IMG/VR virus record: IMGVR_UViG_3300007770_001284
Span: 190,744 to 254,743 of that record
DNA: 64,000 nucleotides
Direction: 5' to 3' (one strand)
Under the pieces are notes generated by a model. That model ran no database searches and was not told the origin of the DNA. It saw only the letters and a program-made list of their open reading frames with translations. Positions 54,892-61,845 of the stretch are shown piece by piece. The first letter of the stretch is position 1. Each line of letters opens with the position of its first letter. The position numbers were made by a program, and so were the translations under genes.

Positions 54892-55080
54892 ATGGAATAT
54901 AAGATGAGTGGATTTTTACTATTTTTGACAGGCTGTTATCTTGGTTTGGATGCTTTAAATAATGAGTGTCCGGGTGGCTCTAATTGCTGGTGCCCGTGGG
55001 ACACTGCTCATGAATATTTTCCACCCCTTGATGAACATAATAACATCATTTGTGATGATTCTGGTGAAGGGAACCAATAA
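54892..55080 (+). CDS. Small Cys-containing exported peptide
   Basis: Hydrophobic N-terminus; ECPGGSNCWCPW. Confidence 0.45.
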   Translation: MEYKMSGFLLFLTGCYLGLDALNNECPGGSNCWCPWDTAHEYFPPLDEHNNIICDDSGEGNQ

Positions 55081-55082
55081 GA

Positions 55083-55487
55083 ATGCAGACGTCTAATTCG
55101 ATTACAGGGTACTATTGTCGAACGTGTAATAATACAATTTTTTCTAGGACTCGTCACGATTTTCGAACGTGTATGTGTTGGCGAGACAAGTCTAAGCGCA
55201 CAGGCGTCGCCGTTGACGGCGGTCGGGACTATTTTAGAGTTTCGCTTGAGAAGCACTTCAAGGGTGAAAAGGTTGAGATTGAAGTACGTCTTTTGGCTCA
55301 TGAATTATACGATGATTGGAACCATCGTCATGACCGCTGGGGCATGCATAGCGGAAAAATAGAAATGATTCCTATTCCAATAAGCACTAGTCGTAAGTCT
55401 TGTAGGCCGCTAGACAAAGCGATTAAGGGTCAAGAAGAAGAATATGAAGATGAGATTGAGCTTTATAAGACCTACGGTGGAGATTGA
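55083..55487 (+). CDS. Zn-finger-like hypothetical protein
   Basis: CRTC...HDFRTCMC...VDGG. Confidence 0.65.
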   Translation: MQTSNSITGYYCRTCNNTIFSRTRHDFRTCMCWRDKSKRTGVAVDGGRDYFRVSLEKHFKGEKVEIEVRLLAHELYDDWNHRHDRWGMHSGKIEMIPIPISTSRKSCRPLDKAIKGQEEEYEDEIELYKTYGGD

Positions 55488-55491
55488 CTGT

Positions 55492-55698
55492 TCACCAGCT
55501 TTTTTCGATACATGAGCTATTGATGAATATCATTTCGTCTAATTCGGTCAGCACCCAAAAATCGAAAGTAGTCCATCCGTTTTCTCGTAAAACTTCTGTT
55601 TTGTGAATTTTTACGATGATTGCTAACTTGCCATGTCCACGATATCTCTGCTTTAGGCGTATCAAGTCCCCTACGCTGTATTTTGAGTCAGCTGTCAT
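55492..55698 (-). CDS. Small hypothetical protein
   Basis: YSVGDLIRL start. Confidence 0.55.
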   Translation of the reverse strand: MTADSKYSVGDLIRLKQRYRGHGKLAIIVKIHKTEVLRENGWTTFDFWVLTELDEMIFINSSCIEKSW

Positions 55699-55749
55699 TA
55701 TAAAGTAAGCATTGCCCCCTGGAATATAAGTAGTATTAGGGGTCGAGAA

Positions 55750-56250
55750 TTGCGCATACGCTTGCCAAAGATATCAAACGCTATGCTACTGTGGTGGCTC
55801 TGCTTCTGCACGATGCTTGTGGGAGCTGAGCTGGCGTATGTTTACGGGCTTCTCCAGGAAATTATGATGAATGATGTAACAAGGATTACATTCATCGTCG
55901 CTGCGATTCTTGTGTGGCAATCGATCGCTTGTGGGATTGAAATCGGGAAGACAAGGTTTTCATGGGACCTCGGAAAACCAAATCCCACTTTAGAGCGCGG
56001 GTGGTTTTTTAGTGACATCGTACTTTCTCTTGGAATGATAGGCACCGTTGTTGGGTTCATGATGATGCTGGCTGGTTTTGCGACATTAGACTTTTCTGAT
56101 ATTGAAGCTGCACAAGAGATGGTCGCTCGTTTGGGCGCCGGGATGGCAACTGCGCTGTCTACAACTCTCACTGGGCTAATAGCAAGTGTTCTTTTAAAGC
56201 TTCAATTTTTTATGCTTGAGCGAACACTGGAGCGTGAGGAGCACGGGTGA
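55750..56250 (+). CDS. MotA/TolQ/ExbB proton-channel family protein
   Basis: SLGMIGTVVGFM, GMATALSTTLTGL. Confidence 0.85.
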   Translation: MRIRLPKISNAMLLWWLCFCTMLVGAELAYVYGLLQEIMMNDVTRITFIVAAILVWQSIACGIEIGKTRFSWDLGKPNPTLERGWFFSDIVLSLGMIGTVVGFMMMLAGFATLDFSDIEAAQEMVARLGAGMATALSTTLTGLIASVLLKLQFFMLERTLEREEHG

Positions 56251-56858
56251 GACGCTCGTATCATTCTAACCTGGCATTTTTAGACGTACTTTTTAACACG
56301 CTTCTATGCTTTGTTGTATTTTTTGTTATTGCGTTGATCTTCATGCAAAGGGAAGATACCTCAGAGGCCGATGTTGAGCTGTCTGCTTATGTCATTATTG
56401 TTGCCAGTTGGCCAGGTGAATATGATGATGATGTAGATTTGTACGTTCGTGATCCTCGGGGCGAAGTTGTTTTCTTCCGTCAGATGAATAATTCTGTGAT
56501 GCATTTAGATCGTGATGATCTGGGCACTCACTATGATAATCCAAATTACGACACAGTCGATACAGCTGCTGAACCAGAAAATCGAGAGATTGTAATGATT
56601 AGAAGAAAGATTCCTGGCGAGTTTATTGTTAATGCGCACATGTACAATAAAGTGACAGATGACCCAATCCCTGTCCGCGTAACTGTTTATCGTATCTCTC
56701 CACGTAAGGAGATTGCTGATACTATTTTAATGTTTACGTATCGTGGACAAGAAGAAACGGTCTGCAGGTTTACCATAGATTCTGGCGGAAAGATTTTAGA
56801 CATCAATGACCTGCCCCATGTGATTGCAGGAGAAATCCTTCATGGCGGATATTATTAA
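56247..56858 (+). CDS. Single-TM partner (MotB/ExbD-like anchor) with extracytoplasmic domain
   Basis: LAFLDVLFNTL (TM Asp); DVDLYVRDP, LDRDDLG. Confidence 0.65.
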   Translation: MRRSYHSNLAFLDVLFNTLLCFVVFFVIALIFMQREDTSEADVELSAYVIIVASWPGEYDDDVDLYVRDPRGEVVFFRQMNNSVMHLDRDDLGTHYDNPNYDTVDTAAEPENREIVMIRRKIPGEFIVNAHMYNKVTDDPIPVRVTVYRISPRKEIADTILMFTYRGQEETVCRFTIDSGGKILDINDLPHVIAGEILHGGYY

Positions 56859-57376
56859 TGAGTTTCTTAGTTTATCTAACCATCGTATCTATTTGCGTCG
56901 CGGTTTGTTTGGTACAGTCAAATTTGCACCAAGCGTTGAAGGTAATGCTTGTTGTTGTATTAATGCACGGTTACCTGACAGCTTTTTCTACGTTTAGGGA
57001 CGTGAGCGGCTATCCAACACAGGCTGATTTACCTGAAGAATTTGAAGTGGTGTGGGCTCGAGCAGTTGAAATACCTCAGAACGATGTTAAGTTTATAGAG
57101 CTGTGGGTGGCTTATGATTTTTCTTTTACTGAGGTGTGGATAAGTCGATTTTCTCTGGCACACAGAAAAGATTCACTATCAAGAGTTTATAGACTTCCTT
57201 ATTCACAAGAGAATCATGAGTTTGTTCTTGAGATGCAGCAAGCAATTCAATTGGGCAAGCAGATGAAGCTATCTTTTCAAAATATTTCAATGGATGAGAA
57301 AATCGATTTACGAGAAGCAGCACAGAATTACGCGATTAACCACGAAGAGTGGGTCATTAGTAAACAATCCAAATAA
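56858..57376 (+). CDS. Membrane protein, third gene of the cassette
   Basis: Two N-terminal TMs; TAATG coupling. Confidence 0.6.
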   Translation: MSFLVYLTIVSICVAVCLVQSNLHQALKVMLVVVLMHGYLTAFSTFRDVSGYPTQADLPEEFEVVWARAVEIPQNDVKFIELWVAYDFSFTEVWISRFSLAHRKDSLSRVYRLPYSQENHEFVLEMQQAIQLGKQMKLSFQNISMDEKIDLREAAQNYAINHEEWVISKQSK

Positions 57377-57437
57377 TATGTACAAGCATAGTAAACCTAT
57401 TATTTATTAATTGGTTGATAAAACCAAGGAGCGAAAC

Positions 57438-57746
57438 ATGTTTACTATATTGGCTGCATTTTGTCTGGGGTGTGCAACACACGCACATACACACCACAGG
57501 ACCCCCCCTCCACCGACTCCGAAACCGTCAGTTTCGGTATCTGTGAATTGGGCATGGGTCGATGCACACTGGTCTCACGGCGTTCGAGTTAAGTCTCACT
57601 GGGCTCATCCCCACTATGGGAAGTCCTATCGTTCACGGACTGTAGGTCCACCCCCACCTCGTCCCCACATGGGGGCCCATTGGGAACCTGGACATTGGGA
57701 AAGACGCGGCCACCGTAGAGTATGGGTGGCAGGCCACTGGTCGTAA
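57438..57746 (+). CDS. Putative lipoprotein with WxxGHW repeats
   Basis: LAAFCLGC lipobox-like; WVDAHW, WEPGHW, WVAGHW. Confidence 0.65.
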   Translation: MFTILAAFCLGCATHAHTHHRTPPPPTPKPSVSVSVNWAWVDAHWSHGVRVKSHWAHPHYGKSYRSRTVGPPPPRPHMGAHWEPGHWERRGHRRVWVAGHWS

Positions 57747-57852
57747 AATGAGTGATGGCGCGGTGTTGCTCGTGCAGCGATGCACAAATTTATAAAGTAA
57801 AAGGTGAACGACGTCCGCGCGCGTCAAGTAACCACCATTTTTTTAGCAAAAA

Positions 57853-57881
57853 TTGTACATTTGTGAAAAAAGGCTTATACT
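57853..57881 (+). promoter_or_regulatory. Sigma70-like promoter TTGTAC-N17-TATACT
   Basis: Upstream of AAGGAG SD and ATG 57935. Confidence 0.5.
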
Positions 57882-57934
57882 TTCTGGAGTTTAGAGTATA
57901 AATAAAGGTCTCACCCACAAAGGAGAGAATACAA

Positions 57935-58066
57935 ATGTGGAAGTACGGAGCAGTTGCCTTCATGGCAGCTATTTTTTTTGGGTCGTTAATTGCATGTAGC
58001 GATGACGGCGATGATACAGCAGTTGAAGATACAGCAGTTGAAGATACGGCGCAGGAGTCAGAGTAA
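57935..58066 (+). CDS. Small acidic lipoprotein (43 aa, not in the ORF track)
   Basis: MWKYGAVAFMAAIFFGSLIA-C-SDDGDDTAVEDTAVEDTAQESE. Confidence 0.7.
   Translation: MWKYGAVAFMAAIFFGSLIACSDDGDDTAVEDTAVEDTAQESE
58013..58050 (+). repeat. 15-bp tandem repeat GATACAGCAGTTGAA, about 2.5 copies
   Basis: Direct reading; encodes DTAVE repeats. Confidence 0.9.
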
Positions 58067-58351
58067 ATGATCAATCATCTTAAGAATCTATGGGCAAAGT
58101 GGAAGGTACAGATTTCCGTTGTTGGTGGTGCTATAATCATAGCAACAGCATGGGGAACTTGTACAGTCCAACCAGCCCAAGTTGAGGAAGCTGAGGAGTC
58201 ATCCGAAGGTAGTGAAGAAGCAGTTGAAGAGGTGTCAAATTCTAGTGTAGCCCCCACTGAAAATGAGACAATATCAGCAGCCGATGAAAATGGTGAGGCT
58301 AGCACTACCAACGTAACGAACACAACCGTTACGAATAAGGGTGATAACTAG
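58067..58351 (+). CDS. Membrane-anchored acidic protein (possible lipoprotein)
   Basis: TM then AWGTC, then E/S/T-rich tail. Confidence 0.6.
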   Translation: MINHLKNLWAKWKVQISVVGGAIIIATAWGTCTVQPAQVEEAEESSEGSEEAVEEVSNSSVAPTENETISAADENGEASTTNVTNTTVTNKGDN

Positions 58352-58401
58352 AGATTTTCTCTCCGCAGGGAGGCACGGGATTATAGGTGTCTCATATCCG
58401 T

Positions 58402-58439
58402 AAAGAGGACCATTAATTTGGTCCTCTTTTTTATTTTTT
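58402..58439 (+). terminator. Rho-independent terminator
   Basis: AAAGAGGACCA-loop-TGGTCCTCTTT plus T tract. Confidence 0.85.
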
Positions 58440-58552
58440 ATTTCGTGTATAAGGAGATAACATGTCTGTTTATTTTGCTGTCGGTATAATGAGCGCCCTA
58501 TGGGGTGTTGCCGGTGTTGGAATGGCTTTCGAAACATTTCGAGATTAATACA

Positions 58553-58581
58553 TTGAACTTTTCGAGGTAAGGAGCTATAAT
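58553..58581 (+). promoter_or_regulatory. Sigma70-like promoter TTGAAC-N17-TATAAT
   Basis: 8 nt upstream of tRNA-Arg. Confidence 0.6.
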
Positions 58582-58589
58582 GAATTTGA

Positions 58590-58665
58590 GCCTCCTTAGC
58601 TCAGTGGATAGAGCACCGGCCTTCTAAGCCGTAGGTCGCAGGTTCGAATCCTGCAGGGGGTGCCA
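58590..58665 (+). tRNA. tRNA-Arg(TCT)
   Basis: Cloverleaf, loop CTTCTAA, encoded CCA. Confidence 0.92.
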
Positions 58666-58684
58666 TTACAGGAGAAGTGTTATT

Positions 58685-58843
58685 ATGGCAAGGAATTTTT
58701 TAAGCTCAAGTAGGTTTAGCTTGTTTTGTGCGGTCTTGAATGTCGCATTTGCCCTACAGGCGTTTTCACACGGTAGCTGGATATTTGGAGCGATTTGCAC
58801 AGTTTTTGCATGCCTTTGCTTTAGCAATTACAAGCGTGCATAA
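58685..58843 (+). CDS. Small two-TM protein (52 aa, not in the ORF track)
   Basis: TAATG overlap with tdk. Confidence 0.5.
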   Translation: MARNFLSSSRFSLFCAVLNVAFALQAFSHGSWIFGAICTVFACLCFSNYKRA

Positions 58844-59397
58844 TGAAAAATAGGTTCGTCATTTTCTGTGGTCCGATGTTCGGCGGAAAGACGTCGAAGT
58901 TGCTCAGCGCGATCGATCGATACAGTTATCAAAAAAGAACAATCCTCGCGTTTAAGCCCTGCGTTGATGATCGGTATGACAATAATTCCATTGTTACTCA
59001 CACTGGCGGAAATGTCGCAGCAGCTGTCGTTGACAATGGTGAAGACATCCTTGCTAGCGTAGAGATCTTTACTTCCCCCATCGTGATTGCGGTTGATGAA
59101 GCTTTCATGATACCCGGCTCGGGAAAAGCTTTGGTTGAGCTCTACAACCGCGGTCACACTATACTAATTTCGAGCCTCCAGCTTTCTTCTAGCGGTGAGG
59201 CCTATGGTGAAATTGCGCAGATGATGCCATACGCAACAAAGATCGAAATATGTCCCGCTGTGTGTACCATTTGCGCTGCTGATGCCTATTACACACAGAA
59301 GGTTGGGGGACGACAAGACCATGAAATAGAAGTGGGCGGCGCTGATTTGTATCAGCCCCGTTGTTTTAATCATTTCAACATTAACGAATTTAAGTAG
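58843..59397 (+). CDS. tdk: Thymidine kinase
   Basis: GPMFGGKT, KP..DDRY, VDEAF, CTIC, VGGADLYQPRCFNHF. Confidence 0.92.
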   Translation: MKNRFVIFCGPMFGGKTSKLLSAIDRYSYQKRTILAFKPCVDDRYDNNSIVTHTGGNVAAAVVDNGEDILASVEIFTSPIVIAVDEAFMIPGSGKALVELYNRGHTILISSLQLSSSGEAYGEIAQMMPYATKIEICPAVCTICAADAYYTQKVGGRQDHEIEVGGADLYQPRCFNHFNINEFK

Positions 59398-59406
59398 GGA
59401 GTAATT

Positions 59407-59844
59407 GTGATTGGGCGAAATAAGACGATTGGAATAATAGCTGGAAATTTTGATGTAATTCATCCAGGATATATTCGATATTTTCGTGATGCAAAAGAAA
59501 ATGCCTGTGAACACTTGATTATTGCACTTCACGTTGACCCCACTGTTGAAAACACTGATAAGTTTCCACCTGTTTTAACTGTTGAGGAAAGAACAGAGAT
59601 CTTGATGGCGATCAAGTATGTTGACGAAGTTGTGTGTTACGATACAGAAGCAGACTTACTTAACACTCTAAAGATAGTCAAACCCAGCGTCCGTGTTCTT
59701 GGGTCAGATTATCAGGGCAAGCGATATACGGGTGACGATCTTGGAATTCCCGTTTATTATCACGTTCGTGACCACGATTGGTCAACGACAAAATTTAAGA
59801 ATGAGATAGCAGATCAGGTCATAAAACAAAAAAAGTTATGGTGA
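59407..59844 (+). CDS. Cytidylyltransferase (TagD/RfaE-like)
   Basis: GNFDVIHPGY, ERTEIL..IKYVDEV, GSDY, STT. Confidence 0.85.
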   Translation: MIGRNKTIGIIAGNFDVIHPGYIRYFRDAKENACEHLIIALHVDPTVENTDKFPPVLTVEERTEILMAIKYVDEVVCYDTEADLLNTLKIVKPSVRVLGSDYQGKRYTGDDLGIPVYYHVRDHDWSTTKFKNEIADQVIKQKKLW

Positions 59845-60152
59845 GATTATCACCCAGGTCAATGGTTCCAGAGCACTTCAGCCTATTTTTGCTTTTGAAC
59901 CTTGTGGATTATTGTACCACTGCGTGTATTATTCTTGAGGGCGGAGTGGAGGTTATGCCAGTTGCTCGAGGCCTTATTGAGCTCTATGGTATCGCTGGAT
60001 TGTTTTTTCATAAATTGTTTGTTGCAATCGGTGTCAGTTATCTGTGTCGTAATATGTCAGATAAAGCGTGGAACATCTTAAATTGGTTGTTCACAATAAT
60101 TGTGGCGTGGAATTCCCTGCAGCTTACTATGGTATTATTCGGTAAGGTGTAA
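59838..60152 (+). CDS. Membrane protein
   Basis: LNLVDYCTT...GGVEVMP; three TMs. Confidence 0.6.
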   Translation: MVRLSPRSMVPEHFSLFLLLNLVDYCTTACIILEGGVEVMPVARGLIELYGIAGLFFHKLFVAIGVSYLCRNMSDKAWNILNWLFTIIVAWNSLQLTMVLFGKV

Positions 60153-60506
60153 TGGACGATGAGCAAGTGGAATTAGGTGACATCGAAAAGCTTGGCAAAC
60201 TTTATCGTTAATTAGAATTTCGTAGACATCATAAATCGCACCTTCTGGCCCGCTACAGATTTGTAAGGGCCGGCCCATCTTCTCTACTATAATTGCGATA
60301 TCACCTTCTTGGACTTGGACGGTGCTACCAAAAAAATCATTCCATCCAGGCCATGAGCTCAGCCTAATCTTTTCGTAAAAGATATCGTAATTTTCTCGTT
60401 TACCCGCTGTTGCAAACCCTACGTTAGAAAGCAATTCTTTGTTGAACGTAATGGAAACAAGCTGACCGCTCACTAGTGGTGTGTACGTTGTGGGCCCCTG
60501 TTCCAT
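60135..60506 (-). CDS. Hypothetical protein
   Basis: 123 aa ORF with upstream late motif. Confidence 0.55.
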   Translation of the reverse strand: MEQGPTTYTPLVSGQLVSITFNKELLSNVGFATAGKRENYDIFYEKIRLSSWPGWNDFFGSTVQVQEGDIAIIVEKMGRPLQICSGPEGAIYDVYEILINDKVCQAFRCHLIPLAHRPLHLTE

Positions 60507-60513
60507 CTACGTA

Positions 60514-60520
60514 TAAATAT
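60514..60520 (-). promoter_or_regulatory. Putative late-promoter motif ATATTTA
   Basis: 7 nt upstream of ATG 60506. Confidence 0.5.
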
Positions 60521-60591
60521 GATATTTTGCTAAACTATCTCATCCCTGAATTGACTGCACCCCAACTATGTCTGTTCGCTGCTGGCTTATT

Positions 60592-61755
60592 TTAGGGATT
60601 GCGAATCTCGCCGACGATCCACCATACTGAACCATCACACTGAACAGATAACACATCATATTTTTTGACAAGTTCGAGTTCAGCATCCACCTGCCCATCA
60701 ATCTCTTCACCGGATGCTGCATGTACGAAACAGTCACATGAATCTCTACCAATTTTCTTGAATGTATATATTCTTCCCTGGATACCAGATGATACAGAGG
60801 GAAGCGTGCAGGTAGTGTCAACATCACCATTACCCATTAAGACAGTGTGATGAGTATGATCAATCGTTACGTTCCCAGTCACCGAATCAATACGAGTACT
60901 TCTTGAGCCGTTAACGTCAAGCGTAGAATTGGGGGTCGTGGTTCCGACGCCCACTGCTCCATTACTGTCTATTGTAAGCCTCGAGTTTGTATCAGGAGTC
61001 GCTGTACCGAACTTAAGTTTGTCGGCATCGCTGTCATCTACTCCTATCGACCACGGTATGGAAGAACCGCCATCAACGCTAAACGAGAGAATCGCGTCTG
61101 AATCCCCGACATCAGCTGATTGAATCACTATCGAAGAATTTGAGTCTGATATAAATTTAGTATGTCCGTTGGCATTTGATGGCTTGATCCAGAGGTCACC
61201 CGCCGGTGTCGCTTTGAAGTCCACGTACTTTGAACCATCAGTATGCGTAAGCCTAAGTTGTGGGTTTGACGCGTCTAGCACATCTAACTTTCTATCAGGA
61301 CCAGTGGTTCCCACGCCAAAGTTTCCCTCACTTTCATCAAAATAGAAGCCTGTGGTGGTGTTAGTTCCATAGATGTGAAAATCTCGTGTCACGGTGTCGA
61401 GTTTATTTAGTCCAGCATGGGCCATTAAGGTCATATAGGCATCACTGTTCGTGGTAGTACCCATCATTAATTTAAGACCTCCTGCCACTTCTAGATCTAT
61501 CCGATAGTTACTAGTTGTATCATCAAGGCGTATGACAGAGTCTGCGCCCTCTATGTGTAGAACCGTATCAGGCGTAGAAATCCCGATACCTACTCTCCCA
61601 GCTTCTGTGATGATTGCTCGCTCTACACCAGCAGTATCAAAACGAATCTTGTCTTCATCTGCAGATTCTTCTACCTGAACTAGAGTATCGCCATCCGCAT
61701 CTTCTAGTCTGTCTTCATTTACCTGCCCGGCACTCATCACAGATTTTCTAGCCAT
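60592..61755 (-). CDS. Tail-fibre-like structural protein
   Basis: Three GxxG(I/V)G(T/I)xxP...L(H/D)(I/V) repeats. Confidence 0.65.
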   Translation of the reverse strand: MARKSVMSAGQVNEDRLEDADGDTLVQVEESADEDKIRFDTAGVERAIITEAGRVGIGISTPDTVLHIEGADSVIRLDDTTSNYRIDLEVAGGLKLMMGTTTNSDAYMTLMAHAGLNKLDTVTRDFHIYGTNTTTGFYFDESEGNFGVGTTGPDRKLDVLDASNPQLRLTHTDGSKYVDFKATPAGDLWIKPSNANGHTKFISDSNSSIVIQSADVGDSDAILSFSVDGGSSIPWSIGVDDSDADKLKFGTATPDTNSRLTIDSNGAVGVGTTTPNSTLDVNGSRSTRIDSVTGNVTIDHTHHTVLMGNGDVDTTCTLPSVSSGIQGRIYTFKKIGRDSCDCFVHAASGEEIDGQVDAELELVKKYDVLSVQCDGSVWWIVGEIRNP

Positions 61756-61799
61756 TTCTTTCTCCCGTACGTGTGTATATGCGCTCTTTGGAGCATATA

Positions 61800-61821
61800 A
61801 TACTTATCAAACCATAAATAT
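61800..61821. promoter_or_regulatory. Pair of late motifs: ATACTTA (+, 61800-61806) and ATATTTA (-, 61815-61821)
   Basis: In the 90-bp gap between divergent genes. Confidence 0.55.
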
Positions 61822-61845
61822 CCTATAGGGACGGAGTTTAGAAAT

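Noticed and set aside
55750-57376. Zorya defence system
   Set aside because: The MotA-like protein lacks the long ZorA tail, the partner lacks an OmpA domain, and there are no ZorC/D/E genes
58355-58401. Possible riboswitch or pseudoknot before the terminator (GAGGCAC/GTGTCTC and ACGGGAT/ATCCGT)
   Set aside because: Short overlapping stems with no recognisable family; could be chance
58462-58548. 28-codon hydrophobic ORF with AAGGAG SD
   Set aside because: Too short to support, and it also contains a TATAAT box
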